DNA of 64,000 nucleotides from a bacterium (GCA_008933615.1 WBUR01000022.1:2413-66412); one strand, 5' to 3'; shown: positions 30,996 to 41,220, counted from the first letter of the stretch. The notes: a model not told the origin generated them from the sequence alone. Translations and numbers: made by a program.

Positions 30996-31928
30996 CTAAT
31001 GCGCTAAATATCTTTCGGCATCGATTGCCGCCATACATCCGCTGCCCGCCGCCGTAACCGCTTGACGGTAGTAACTGTCCTGCACGTCTCCGCATGCAAA
31101 TACCCCGGGAATATTGGTTTTAGTGGACGTGCCTTCCGTGATCAGATATCCGTTTTCATCCATATCCAAGATTCCCTTGAATAAATCGGTGTTCGGTTTG
31201 TGTCCGATCGCAAGAAAAAATCCCTGCGTTGGAACATCTGAAATAACGCCGGTTTTCACATTTTTGACTTTCAGAGATTTAATATGCGAATCCTGTGTTC
31301 CTACTATATCCACCACTTCGGAATCCAAAAGATATTTGATCTTTTCATTTTTTTTGGCGCGCTCGATCATGATCTTCGATGCGCGGAATTCCTGCCGGCG
31401 ATGAATCAGCGTTACGGAGTTTGCGAATTTCGTGAGGAACGTTGCTTCCTCCATTGCCGTGTCTCCCCCGCCGACCACGTGAATATCTTTTCCTTTAAAG
31501 AAGAACCCGTCGCAGGTCGCGCATGCCGAAACGCCGTAGCCCATCAATTCTTTTTCTTTGGGCAATCCAAGTAATTTTGCCGACGCGCCGGTTGATATAA
31601 TTACAGTTTCTGCAAGATGTTCCACCCCGCCGTCGTCCACTACTTTGAACGGTCTCTTAGAAAAATCAACTTTCTCAATAGACTTAAATTCGCATTTTGC
31701 GCCAAAACGTTTTGCCTGCTCTCTGAATAGCTCCATCATTTCCGGCCCCAAAATACCTTTGGGAAAACCGGGATAATTTTCAACTTCTGTTGTAATAGTC
31801 AATTGTCCGCCGGGTTGATTTCCTTCAAAAACAATTGGATTTAAATTAGCTCGTGATGCATAAATAGCCGCGGTCAAACCTGCCGGGCCGGAACCGATAA
31901 TAATGACGTGGTGTACTGTCGCGCCCAA
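30996..31928 (-). CDS. trxB: thioredoxin-disulfide reductase
   Basis: FAD motif IIIGSGPAGLTAAIY, redox-active CATCDG, NADPH motif GGGDTAMEEA. Confidence 0.95.
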   Translation of the reverse strand: MGATVHHVIIIGSGPAGLTAAIYASRANLNPIVFEGNQPGGQLTITTEVENYPGFPKGILGPEMMELFREQAKRFGAKCEFKSIEKVDFSKRPFKVVDDGGVEHLAETVIISTGASAKLLGLPKEKELMGYGVSACATCDGFFFKGKDIHVVGGGDTAMEEATFLTKFANSVTLIHRRQEFRASKIMIERAKKNEKIKYLLDSEVVDIVGTQDSHIKSLKVKNVKTGVISDVPTQGFFLAIGHKPNTDLFKGILDMDENGYLITEGTSTKTNIPGVFACGDVQDSYYRQAVTAAGSGCMAAIDAERYLAH

Positions 31929-31944
31929 GTGTTATACTCCTTTT

Positions 31945-32418
31945 CTACAAATTGGTTAAACTTAATTTTCGCAGCCGGTTAAATAAAAACCACTGCAGCG
32001 GAATCTGTATCGCCAACTGGACACATCCGCCGATCAAAAAGTACTGCAGTGTCTGCGTCCAATCGATCCACCGAACTAATAACAGCGCCATTGTAAATAA
32101 TATTCCGGATAAAAAAAAGAAAAAAGGCGCGCGGCTCACGTAAGCCTTTAAAGAAAAAGGTTTATTGAACTTTTCTGAAACAAAAAAATACCACGCACGA
32201 TCAGCAAACCAGCCTGAAAATGTGATGGAAAGACATAAAGCTAGTATTTTTAGCCAGACGAAAATATCCATATTCGATCCTAACAATACAGTTCCAAACC
32301 AGATGAACATTGCGCTGACATTTGCGAATGTAAAATTTCTCACCGTCCCGTTCCATACTGTTTCCGAGTCGGAACTGAGCAGATAGTTTTTCATCGATTG
32401 ATGTTCTTCGGGGGTCAT
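31945..32418 (-). CDS. hypothetical membrane protein
   Basis: 157-aa ORF with four predicted TM helices, located after trxB in the same orientation. Confidence 0.5.
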   Translation of the reverse strand: MTPEEHQSMKNYLLSSDSETVWNGTVRNFTFANVSAMFIWFGTVLLGSNMDIFVWLKILALCLSITFSGWFADRAWYFFVSEKFNKPFSLKAYVSRAPFFFFLSGILFTMALLLVRWIDWTQTLQYFLIGGCVQLAIQIPLQWFLFNRLRKLSLTNL

Positions 32419-32767
32419 AGTTTCATACTTTAATAGATTCTGTGCGACAAGAAGATAAAGTAAAATCAGCCTGAAATCAATTAATCGGACATAAAATTTT
32501 GTTATTCTTCTCTCAACGAGTAATTGCTTTTTTTTGGCAGCTTTTGCCGGAGGTATTCTACAGTAAGAAAATATAAAAAAACATGACGAAGGTCATTGTT
32601 TTTAAAAAAAATTTTCATACATTTTTTATACGTAGCCCATCTAAAAAAGCCAAATAACCAATCACGGAGGTGACTATGACCTGCAACTCACGATTGGCAT
32701 GCAATCTGCCGGGGGGGGGTAATACTCTTCTGCATTTTTCCTTTTAAAGTAGTGAAGGAGATCAATC

Positions 32768-33712
32768 ATGAAACCGTATATATATATTGCAGTCTTTGTT
32801 TTCTGGACTGCCTGTGACTCATCGGAAAAACACACCATAAGTCCCCCGCAGCTCAAAGGGAAGATCGTGTATTCAAAACCAATCGTTTCGCTTCCGTTAC
32901 GGGTCCTGGTTGCTCGGGATCTGGACAGCGTTTCGGAGCAATATATATCAGATTCCACCGATGGTTATGGTTCTTTCAATGAGCCAAATTGGAGTCCTGA
33001 TGGAAATAGAATAGTATGTACTTTTTTTGGTTTTGAGGGGCCTTTCAAATTGTTCATTTATGTTAACTCAAAGAAATATGTAACGCTCTCGTCTTATTTT
33101 GATTATGAACCATTATGGAGTCCGGGTGGAGACAAAATACTCTCTTCAGTAGGATATTTTACTTTCCAAATTATTGACACCATTTCAAATACAGTCTATT
33201 ATAATGGCCCTGACTCTTCAGTATGGAATTCAAAAGTAGTCTTCTTGAAGAAAGGCCACGTGCGATGGAATACGGAAGAAGAGATTTTCTTAGTCGCCAC
33301 ACCGCATAGGCCTGACTATCCGCCACATGCTCAGCATGACAGCCTGCGCGAGATATACCGGTACAATTATGTGACAGAGACTTTGGTAGAGCGTATGACA
33401 AATAATCTGCTGGATGAGAGTAACTTCGAGATCTCATCGGACCGCCAGCGTATTGTTTTCAGCCGCGGTTATGAGGCAGATAAAATCACCTACCTGATGA
33501 ATATCTCCGACACGTCGGCTACGCCGATCATTCAAGGCAAGCACGAGACGGTGAGATGGTTTGGCAAGACGCATTATTTGTATTATGTCCGCTTCCCGAA
33601 TCCCACGGTGTATGTCATGGACACCGATCATCCGGAGAAAGAATACGAATTAATGCCCGTCTATGATGCCAATATCGACATCTGGGCACAGCCGGATAGC
33701 GTGGGAGATTGA
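32768..33712 (+). CDS. beta-propeller (TolB/PD40-like) lipoprotein, paralog A
   Basis: 314-aa ORF with lipoprotein signal (...FWTACDS) and WSPDG.../LWSPGGDKI PD40-like repeats. It is about 85% identical to the ORF at 33964..34902. Confidence 0.75.
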   Translation: MKPYIYIAVFVFWTACDSSEKHTISPPQLKGKIVYSKPIVSLPLRVLVARDLDSVSEQYISDSTDGYGSFNEPNWSPDGNRIVCTFFGFEGPFKLFIYVNSKKYVTLSSYFDYEPLWSPGGDKILSSVGYFTFQIIDTISNTVYYNGPDSSVWNSKVVFLKKGHVRWNTEEEIFLVATPHRPDYPPHAQHDSLREIYRYNYVTETLVERMTNNLLDESNFEISSDRQRIVFSRGYEADKITYLMNISDTSATPIIQGKHETVRWFGKTHYLYYVRFPNPTVYVMDTDHPEKEYELMPVYDANIDIWAQPDSVGD

Positions 33713-33773
33713 GAACTCAAGAAAAAAACAGTGCCATTTTTTATGAAGTACTTGCACTAATGGTCTATGAAGA

Positions 33774-33805
33774 AGTCTCCGGTCAAAACGGAGATTTCTT
33801 TTTTG
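33774..33805 (+). terminator. intrinsic terminator after paralog A
   Basis: TCTCCG-GTCAAAA-CGGAGA hairpin followed by TTTCTTTTTTG. Confidence 0.55.
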
Positions 33806-33822
33806 TTAAGAATCCTTATTGA

Positions 33823-33948
33823 TTGTGGACACCCCACAAATGGGATGGATTAGACGATTCCGGGAACGCGGTTGCCAGCGGCGTATACCTGTATCGCATG
33901 CAGGCGGGCAGCTATATCCAAACACGCAAAATGATGCTTTTAAAGTAG
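33823..33948 (+). pseudogene. remnant of a T9SS (Por) C-terminal sorting domain
   Basis: A frame with no start codon translates to LWTPHKWDGLDDSGNAVASGVYLYRMQAGSYIQTRKMMLLK*. This matches the terminal consensus of T9SS CTDs (WDGxDxxGnxVaSGVYfYRlqaG...TkKMlLlK) and is preceded by an in-frame stop. A more decayed copy lies at about 32690..32752. Confidence 0.7.
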
Positions 33949-33963
33949 TGAAGGAGATCAAAC

Positions 33964-34902
33964 ATGAAACCGTATATATATATTGCAGCCTTTGTTTTCT
34001 GGACTGCCTGTGACTCATCGGAAAAACACACTATTAGCCCCCCACAGCTCAAAGGCAAGATCGTGTATTCAAAGCCAGTTGCTTCACTTCTCAAAAATGT
34101 CTTAGTTGTTCGGGATCTAGACAGCGTTTCGGAGCAATATATATCAGATTCCACCGATGGTTATGAGTCGTTTAGAGAACCAAATTGGAGCCCTGATGGA
34201 AAAAGAATCGTGTGCACATATTCTGGATTTGAGGGGCCATTTAAACTATTCATCTACACAGACTCAAGGACATATGTATCTCTCTTTCACTATGCAGATA
34301 ATACGCCATTGTGGAGTCCTGGAGGAGACAAGATACTTTCCTCATTTTTGTATTTCTCTTTCTCAATTGTTGATACACTTTCCAGTACGATTCGTCTTGG
34401 TGGGCCTGACTCTTTAGTATGGAATTCAAAAGTAGTCTTCTTGAAGAAAGGCCACGTGCGATGGAGCGCAGAAGAAGAGATTTTCTTAGTTGCTACACCG
34501 CAGAGGGGTACTGAATATGCGCAGTATGACAGTCTTCGCGAGATATACCGGTATAATTATGTGACAGAGACTTTGGTAGAGCGTATGACAAATAATCTGC
34601 TGGATGAGAGTAACTTCGAGATCTCATCGGACCGCCAGCGTATTGTTTTCAGCCGCGGTTATGAGGCAGATAAGATCACTTACCTGATGAATACTTCCGA
34701 TACGACGGCCACGCCAATCATTCAAGGCGAGCACGAGACGGTGAGATGGTTTGGTAAAACGCATTATTTGTATTATGTTCGCTTCCCGAACCCGACCGTC
34801 TATGTCATGGACACGGATCATCCGGAGAAGGAATATGAATTAATGCCCGTCTACAACGCTAATATCGACATCTGGGCACAGCCGGATAATGCAAAGAATT
34901 AG
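33964..34902 (+). CDS. beta-propeller (TolB/PD40-like) lipoprotein, paralog B
   Basis: 312-aa tandem duplicate of 32768..33712. The first 60 aa and last 160 aa are nearly identical. Confidence 0.75.
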   Translation: MKPYIYIAAFVFWTACDSSEKHTISPPQLKGKIVYSKPVASLLKNVLVVRDLDSVSEQYISDSTDGYESFREPNWSPDGKRIVCTYSGFEGPFKLFIYTDSRTYVSLFHYADNTPLWSPGGDKILSSFLYFSFSIVDTLSSTIRLGGPDSLVWNSKVVFLKKGHVRWSAEEEIFLVATPQRGTEYAQYDSLREIYRYNYVTETLVERMTNNLLDESNFEISSDRQRIVFSRGYEADKITYLMNTSDTTATPIIQGEHETVRWFGKTHYLYYVRFPNPTVYVMDTDHPEKEYELMPVYNANIDIWAQPDNAKN

Positions 34903-34946
34903 AATGTGAGTCTATAAACGAATGTACGATGATTTGAAATTGTAAA

Positions 34947-34978
34947 CAAAAACCCCGCATTTTTAGTGCGGGGTTTTT
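34947..34978. terminator. bidirectional intrinsic terminator
   Basis: AAAAACCCCGCA-TTTTTAG-TGCGGGGTTTTT, a perfect hairpin flanked by A/T runs on both sides, between convergent genes. Confidence 0.7.
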
Positions 34979-34989
34979 GGTAGAACGCT

Positions 34990-37146
34990 CTAATTCCACC
35001 CGACTGTCATCGAGAAAACAAAATTTCTCGGTAAACCCGGTTCGAGATAAACCGGCTTTCCATCGACCATATCGGGATTAACAAATGCAGAACCTGCGTA
35101 TTTTTTATCCATCAGATTATTAATGCTAAAAAATGCTCTGACAAACAGATGTTCGGAAAGCTGAATCGGTTTATCCAAACCCAGCGTCGCATTAAATACC
35201 GCATACGAAGGAACTTGAATCTGATTGGCATCGTCAACGAAATATTTTCCAACGCCCTGGAAACCTAATTCAATAAACCCGCCTTTCATCCTTTCAGGAG
35301 CATAACGCAGACTGGAACTGTAGAACAGATCCGGCACGCCTGCAACCTTATTATCTTTATAATCCGCCGATTGTCCAGGCCTTCCGTAATGCACTGAATC
35401 TACAGTATAGTTAACGTACCGGTTATTCGAATACGATGCGGAGGATTGAATCGAGAACCCGTGGTCCAGTTTAAGATTCACACCTAATTCCGCGCCGATC
35501 CTTTGCGTTTTTCCCGCCGTAAAATAAAATCGCCCGCCCTTGTAAGGAATAATGTCGTTTTTCACTTGAATCCAATAGAACGCGGCATCGTATGTAAGGA
35601 GCTGAAAAAATCCGTCATCAGCCATTTCGACAACTTGCTTGGTTCCAATCTCGGTCGTAAGAGATCGTATAGGCTTTAAAAGCGGATTAACGGCATACGC
35701 AGTGTCGGATGGCAATGTGCCTGCCGGGTCGGTTTCATTTCCGGCCGGAACCTCCACGCCTCCGCCGACATTCGCATACACGCTATGTTTTTCCGTAAAC
35801 CGATAACTGATGCCGGCTTTGGGCGTCAGCCCCGTGAATGATTTAGTTTGCAGTCCCAACTGGGTATTTATGAAGTTCTCATTGAAATATTTCACCACAT
35901 CGTATCTCAAACCTAGTATGACGGAAATGTTCTCATGGAAATCGGTTTCATTCTGCATGAACGAACCGAAACTATTGGCGCCTTCGCGTTTGTTATCTCT
36001 CAATTCATTCCCACGGCCTCCATCGCCGGTCAGTGAATAAAACAAGATCGCGCCGTCCTGATAGGCCTCATCCATACCGATCAGCGTCACATTTTTTACG
36101 GAGGAAGATAGCGACCATCCGTGACGATACATTACGTTTCCGCCGACATGATATCGTGTGAAATCACGGTAGGTATTTCGTTCCGAACGCTGGAGATATT
36201 TCGGATTAATATACGCCATTGCAGAAATTCCATTGTCATCATTGATCTGATGCTCAAGCGTGACGCCGATCCGGCCGGTTTTGTTATTTCTACTTTCGAC
36301 ACGGCTGAGATAAGTCGGATTACTTTGTTTTGCAGAAGAATCATATTGTGTTTTATTCAACGGACCGGGAATATGAAATAAGTTTCGCGTACCGACCAGA
36401 TGTACACCCAGCGTTGTCGCGTCGGAAACGGAAGAGACGATTCCCAAATTGACTATATCACGTTCACTTGCAGAATTGACGCGCCACCCGTCAAACGACG
36501 TTGTCGTGTAATTAGCGTAAAATCTAGTTTCGCCGACAACCGTACCCGCCTGAAAAAAATATTCCTGCAATCCGAAACTGCCGAATTTTGCAGAGGCATT
36601 GGCGTAGGGTTTTTCAAAATACGGAACCGTACTGATGCTGACCACTCCCCCGCCCGCATTCCCCCAAATGGCGGATGCATTAGAGCGTACCACTTCCATA
36701 TTTTGCACAGCATTGAGGTCAACCATGTCAAACGACGTTCTTCCGTCCGGTTCTGTTTCCGGTATTCCGTCCATCAGAACTCGCACGCCCCGTGAAGTGC
36801 CGGCATTGGACCGGTCGCCCGCGCCCCGCGCTCCAAAACCGCGGATCGAAATCCGGATGTCCTGATTACCCGATCGCGACTGCGCCAAAACGCCCGGCAC
36901 ATAACTTAGTGCGTCATTCAGTCCGTATCCGCGTTGACTCTGAATCTGTGAACGGCCGATGACCGTGACAGCCAACGGAACTTCGATGATGGGCTCAGGA
37001 ATCCGTGTTGCGGTTACCGTAATTCCCTCCAATTGATACAATTTGTATGTAGAATCCGCTTTGTCATTCTTCTTTTCCTGCGAACGGACTGAAACCGATG
37101 CAAGACAAATCAGAATGAAAAGGAAAGTACGTTTATTCATTACCAC
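34990..37146 (-). CDS. TonB-dependent outer membrane receptor
   Basis: 718-aa ORF with signal peptide, TonB box/plug (GITVTATRIPE...), a 22-strand barrel and C-terminal aromatic residue. Confidence 0.9.
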   Translation of the reverse strand: MVMNKRTFLFILICLASVSVRSQEKKNDKADSTYKLYQLEGITVTATRIPEPIIEVPLAVTVIGRSQIQSQRGYGLNDALSYVPGVLAQSRSGNQDIRISIRGFGARGAGDRSNAGTSRGVRVLMDGIPETEPDGRTSFDMVDLNAVQNMEVVRSNASAIWGNAGGGVVSISTVPYFEKPYANASAKFGSFGLQEYFFQAGTVVGETRFYANYTTTSFDGWRVNSASERDIVNLGIVSSVSDATTLGVHLVGTRNLFHIPGPLNKTQYDSSAKQSNPTYLSRVESRNNKTGRIGVTLEHQINDDNGISAMAYINPKYLQRSERNTYRDFTRYHVGGNVMYRHGWSLSSSVKNVTLIGMDEAYQDGAILFYSLTGDGGRGNELRDNKREGANSFGSFMQNETDFHENISVILGLRYDVVKYFNENFINTQLGLQTKSFTGLTPKAGISYRFTEKHSVYANVGGGVEVPAGNETDPAGTLPSDTAYAVNPLLKPIRSLTTEIGTKQVVEMADDGFFQLLTYDAAFYWIQVKNDIIPYKGGRFYFTAGKTQRIGAELGVNLKLDHGFSIQSSASYSNNRYVNYTVDSVHYGRPGQSADYKDNKVAGVPDLFYSSSLRYAPERMKGGFIELGFQGVGKYFVDDANQIQVPSYAVFNATLGLDKPIQLSEHLFVRAFFSINNLMDKKYAGSAFVNPDMVDGKPVYLEPGLPRNFVFSMTVGWN

Positions 37147-37216
37147 TCCCGATCATATGATTTTTGATGAAGGTGCAAATCCTGGGTTTTGATGCCGACC
37201 AGGCATTCAACTGATG

Positions 37217-37594
37217 TTATGCGGGGAGATTCGGCGGATGAAAGTGTGCGGTTATAAAGCTCTGGTGTACGGGGATAAACGAATGATCACCGTTATCGAT
37301 AAAAAAAAGCGATACAAAAACAAACTTTTTTTGATTCGGAAAGTATTCAATTTTGATCTTCAGTTTCAGTTTACTCTTCTGATCATGATCGCGTTTGGAT
37401 TCCTCCTGATACACTATATTGGAAGTTCCGTCATCTGTATTAATCCTGCTCACAAAAATATCCTCGTCCTGATCAGCAACATCCCAGTAGATCGTGACCT
37501 GCAGAGGATGAAAAGCGAGGCTGAAAAAAGCATACGGGTGCGTGACGGCCAGAATATTGAAACACAGCGCAATGTTAAGGAATACTTTCATCAT
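37217..37594 (-). CDS. hypothetical small secreted protein upstream of TonB-dependent receptor
   Basis: 125-aa ORF with signal-peptide-like N-terminus, in the same orientation as the receptor with a 70-nt gap. A competing plus-strand ORF 37214..37663 cannot be excluded. Confidence 0.3.
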   Translation of the reverse strand: MMKVFLNIALCFNILAVTHPYAFFSLAFHPLQVTIYWDVADQDEDIFVSRINTDDGTSNIVYQEESKRDHDQKSKLKLKIKIEYFPNQKKFVFVSLFFIDNGDHSFIPVHQSFITAHFHPPNLPA

Positions 37595-37687
37595 AAGCGG
37601 AATATTCTAATGCCAAATCAGTTAATAATCAAAGGATTTCAAAATGTAAGCGGAGTCAAGTGAGTAAAAAAAAAACTAAAAAAAATA

Positions 37688-37716
37688 TTGTGTTTTTATG
37701 TATTACTTTGTATAAT
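37688..37716 (+). promoter_or_regulatory. sigma70-type promoter candidate for rpmE
   Basis: TTGTGT, 17-nt spacer, TATAAT, about 60 nt upstream of the rpmE start. Confidence 0.4.
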
Positions 37717-37776
37717 GCGCCGCTAAAGTACTGAAAATAATTTCTTTGAACAATAAATTTATCGAGGATTTCGACA

Positions 37777-37998
37777 ATGAAAGAAAATATTCACCCTGCA
37801 TACCCGCTGTCCCATGTGACTTGTTCGTGCGGCAATACGTTTGTCACCCGCTCGACGGTTGGCGATATCAAGGTTGAAATTTGCTCAAGCTGCCACCCGT
37901 TCTATACCGGGACGCAGAAACTGATTGACACCGCAGGCCGCGTCGACAAATACAACAAGAAAATCGCCAAATTCAAGGAAGCTAAAGAAAAAGCTTAG
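37777..37998 (+). CDS. rpmE: 50S ribosomal protein L31
   Basis: 73-aa ORF (MKENIHPAY...CSCGNTF...[10 protein letters not shown]) with the L31 Cys motifs. Confidence 0.95.
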   Translation: MKENIHPAYPLSHVTCSCGNTFVTRSTVGDIKVEICSSCHPFYTGTQKLIDTAGRVDKYNKKIAKFKEAKEKA

Positions 37999-38101
37999 CT
38001 TACGTTTTCTAAAAAAGGAATATACCCTGTCTTTTTTCATAAGGTGTATTCCTTTTTTTGTGCCTAATTTCGAACACCTTAAGAGTCCTCTGAACAAAAT
38101 C

Positions 38102-39172
38102 ATGTTAGATCAATTAGAAAAAATAGAGACCCGGTTTAACGAAATCAACGATATGCTGACGCGGCCTGAGACCATTTCGGATCAGAACCGATTCAGAACA
38201 TTAAGCAAAGAACGCAGCAGCGCCGAAGAGATTGTTGACAAATACCGCGTCTATAGAAAAATATTATCAGATATTAAAGGAAATAACGATATCATACATA
38301 ATTCGGATGATGTGGAATTACGCGAGATGGCGCGAGCCGAATTGATCCAATTGGAACTTGAAAAGGGCACGATCGAAAACGAGTTGAAATATCTTCTTAT
38401 TCCGCGAGATCCGCACGACGAAGGCGGATGTATATTGGAAATTCGCGCAGGCACCGGCGGTGATGAGGCCGGTATTTTCGTTGGCGACCTTTTTGCCATG
38501 TATCGGTACTATATCGAAAAAATGGGATGGCGGTTCCAGACCTTAGATTTTACCGAGGCTAATCAGGGCGGGTTCAAAGAAATGATCATTGAAGTTGAGG
38601 GTAAAGGAGCGTACGGAAAACTGAAATTCGAAAGCGGAGTGCATCGGGTGCAACGCGTGCCAAAAACAGAAACACAAGGGCGTGTTCATACCTCAGCCTC
38701 TTCTGTTGCCGTTCTTCCAATCATTGATGACGTTGATAAGGAAGTAGTGATCAGCCCCAACGATCTACGCATCGATATTTACCGCGCTGGCGGCAAAGGC
38801 GGACAGAACGTCAATAAGGTTGAAACCGCCGTGCGTATGACGCACATCCCGACCGGAATCGTTGTGCAGTGTCAGGAAGAGCGATCTCAGTTGAAAAACC
38901 GCGAAAAAGCAATGAAGGTATTGAAGTCGCGAATCTACGAGAAACAAAAAGAAGAGCACGATGCGAAAATCGCTTCCAAGCGTAAATCGATGGTCGGCTC
39001 AGGCGACCGCAGCGAAAAAGTGCGCACGTACAATTTTCCGCAGAACCGCCTCACCGACCATCGTATCGGCCTCACCCTATACGACCTCGAAGGCGTCATG
39101 GGCGGCAAGATAGACGAGATTATCGAAAAGCTCCAACTCGCCGAAAATGAAGAACTGCTGAAGGCGGGTTGA
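38102..39172 (+). CDS. prfA: peptide chain release factor 1
   Basis: PKT variant of the PxT tripeptide (RVQRVPKTETQGRVHTS), GGQ motif and RF1 length. Start placed at MLDQLEKIETRF rather than the overlapping track start. Confidence 0.9.
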   Translation: MLDQLEKIETRFNEINDMLTRPETISDQNRFRTLSKERSSAEEIVDKYRVYRKILSDIKGNNDIIHNSDDVELREMARAELIQLELEKGTIENELKYLLIPRDPHDEGGCILEIRAGTGGDEAGIFVGDLFAMYRYYIEKMGWRFQTLDFTEANQGGFKEMIIEVEGKGAYGKLKFESGVHRVQRVPKTETQGRVHTSASSVAVLPIIDDVDKEVVISPNDLRIDIYRAGGKGGQNVNKVETAVRMTHIPTGIVVQCQEERSQLKNREKAMKVLKSRIYEKQKEEHDAKIASKRKSMVGSGDRSEKVRTYNFPQNRLTDHRIGLTLYDLEGVMGGKIDEIIEKLQLAENEELLKAG

Positions 39173-39278
39173 CATCCAATCCTAAAATATTTCTTGTAAT
39201 TTGACAGCCTATCTTTTACATTTGTTCAATTCAAGTTTCAGTAAATTTTGAAACTTTGTTTATACTCAAGGAAAGTTT

Positions 39279-40484
39279 ATGAACACGGTCGCCGCAGGCT
39301 CTAACCACGTTTTGATCAAATCGATGATCAAGAAATCCGGATTGGACGATATTTACCAGAAGGTTATGGATCATCAGAGCTTGTCATTTGAGGACGGTCT
39401 GAAATTATTTGAATCAAAGGACCTGAGTTCCGTCGGTTATATGGCCAACATCGTTCGTGAGCGAATGCATGGCAATCGTTCTTTTTTTGTCCGCAATCGG
39501 CAACTGAATCCAACGAACGTCTGCGATTATTCATGCATGTTCTGTTCCTTCTATCGCCGTGAAGGCGAAGAAGGCGGCTATACGATGACCATGGAAGAAA
39601 TTGCCCAACGCGTCAAAGACGGTATTAAACATGGAATTCAGGAAATTCACATTACATCCGGGCTGCATCCGGGCCTACCTTTCAGTTATTACACCGATAT
39701 GCTGCGAACGATCAAAGAGGCAGCTCCTCATCTGCACATCAAGGGCTTCACGGCGGTTGAAATTGAATATTATGCGCATCATTATAACATGACCCTTCGA
39801 GATGTATTAACTAAACTAATTGAAGCCGGCCTCGAAGCCATGCCGGGCGGCGGCGCAGAAATATTTGCCGACAGGGTCAGGAAAAAAATCTGCGATGAAA
39901 AATCAACGGCGGAAGGATGGCTTGCCGTTCACGAAATGGCGCACGAACTAGGGCTCATGACAAACGCCACATTGCTCTACGGACATATTGAAACGTATGA
40001 GGAACGCGTGGATCATATGTTGCGGCTGCGCGATCTGCAGAACAAGTCCAAATCAAAAGGATCCAAAGGACATTTTAGTACTTTTATCCCTTTGAAATAC
40101 CAACATGAGAATAACCGCTTAAAAAATTTACCGGACGTAAGCGCATTCGAAGATCTCAAAATGATCGCGGTCCCCCGCCTCATGCTGGATAATTTTCCAA
40201 ATATCAAAGCTTACTGGGTTGTGATCGGCAAAAGAATGGCGCAGATGGCATTGAGCTATGGAGCTAATGAAATTGAAGGAACGATTCTCGAGGAGAAGAT
40301 CATGAGTATGGCCGGAACCGACAGCGCGCGGGGTATGACGGAGCCTGAATTGATCAAGCTTATTAAGGACGCGGGCCGCCAGCCGATTGAACGCGATGCA
40401 TTATACCACGTCATCAAGTCGTACAATGACAACGATATTGAACTAGCTTTAAATCCAAAAGCCTCCATACCAATTTTGAACTAA
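39279..40484 (+). CDS. radical SAM enzyme of the MqnC/MqnE family (futalosine pathway menaquinone biosynthesis)
   Basis: CxxxCxxC cluster motif (CDYSCMFCSF), about 400 aa. It is followed by MqnB-like and MqnA/D-like genes. Confidence 0.75.
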   Translation: MNTVAAGSNHVLIKSMIKKSGLDDIYQKVMDHQSLSFEDGLKLFESKDLSSVGYMANIVRERMHGNRSFFVRNRQLNPTNVCDYSCMFCSFYRREGEEGGYTMTMEEIAQRVKDGIKHGIQEIHITSGLHPGLPFSYYTDMLRTIKEAAPHLHIKGFTAVEIEYYAHHYNMTLRDVLTKLIEAGLEAMPGGGAEIFADRVRKKICDEKSTAEGWLAVHEMAHELGLMTNATLLYGHIETYEERVDHMLRLRDLQNKSKSKGSKGHFSTFIPLKYQHENNRLKNLPDVSAFEDLKMIAVPRLMLDNFPNIKAYWVVIGKRMAQMALSYGANEIEGTILEEKIMSMAGTDSARGMTEPELIKLIKDAGRQPIERDALYHVIKSYNDNDIELALNPKASIPILN

Positions 40485-40510
40485 TAATGAACTATACGGA
40501 TCTTCATCGA

Positions 40511-40539
40511 CCTGCTCTCATGGGCAGGTTTTATTTTTT
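40511..40539 (+). terminator. terminator-like hairpin
   Basis: CCTGCTC-TCATG-GGCAGG followed by TTTTATTTTTT. Confidence 0.45.
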
Positions 40540-40547
40540 AACATGTC

Positions 40548-41204
40548 ATGAATATTCTTATTGTCTCAGCAACCCACTCTGAATCCGAGAAAATAACCTC
40601 GCACCGATTCGATCATCATTTAGTGCATGTTGAAGTAACAGGTATCGGCATGACCAACACCGCTTATCATTTGACTAAAATTCTTTCCAAGGGAACCTTC
40701 GACCTGGTTTTGAATATCGGGATATGCGGCAGTTATGGCCGTTCAAGACCTATCGGGGATGTTGTGCACGTAATAGAAGAAATTTTTTCTGAAATTGGCG
40801 CCACCGATGCAGACGGAAATTTCCTGGATCTGAAAAAAATGGGATTCAAACATTTTACTAAAGACGGAAAAGAATACTACAACCGTATTCTCAACCCCAA
40901 CAAATTATCTGATTTCTTTGATTATTATCCGAATAACGTAAAAGAGGTACGGAGCGTAACAGTTAATACCGTCAATGGAGATGCCCGCCGTATCGAAAGT
41001 ATAAAATCATTATATGATCCGCACGTCGAAAACATGGAGGGCGGCGCAGTAGCCTGCGTGTGCCTGCAGGAAGGAATTCCTTTTTTTGAGTTTCGTTCTA
41101 TTTCCAATTATGTCGAACCGCGCGATACGTTACAATGGAATATCCCTTTGGCTTCAGTTAATATTCAGCATTTCATGATTGAATTCCTGTCACACCTTAA
41201 ATAA
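40548..41204 (+). CDS. mqnB: futalosine hydrolase-like nucleosidase (MTA/SAH nucleosidase fold)
   Basis: 218-aa PNP/MTAN-fold protein (ILIVSATHSE...MEGGAVA) located in the mqn cluster. Confidence 0.65.
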   Translation: MNILIVSATHSESEKITSHRFDHHLVHVEVTGIGMTNTAYHLTKILSKGTFDLVLNIGICGSYGRSRPIGDVVHVIEEIFSEIGATDADGNFLDLKKMGFKHFTKDGKEYYNRILNPNKLSDFFDYYPNNVKEVRSVTVNTVNGDARRIESIKSLYDPHVENMEGGAVACVCLQEGIPFFEFRSISNYVEPRDTLQWNIPLASVNIQHFMIEFLSHLK

Positions 41205-41220
41205 CAAAATCCCAACGAAC

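Noticed and set aside
37214-37663. 149-aa plus-strand ORF overlapping the small minus-strand ORF upstream of the TonB receptor
   Set aside because: Only one of the two can be real. The minus-strand ORF has a signal-peptide-like start and operon context with the receptor. Neither is strongly supported, so the plus-strand ORF was not listed as a feature.
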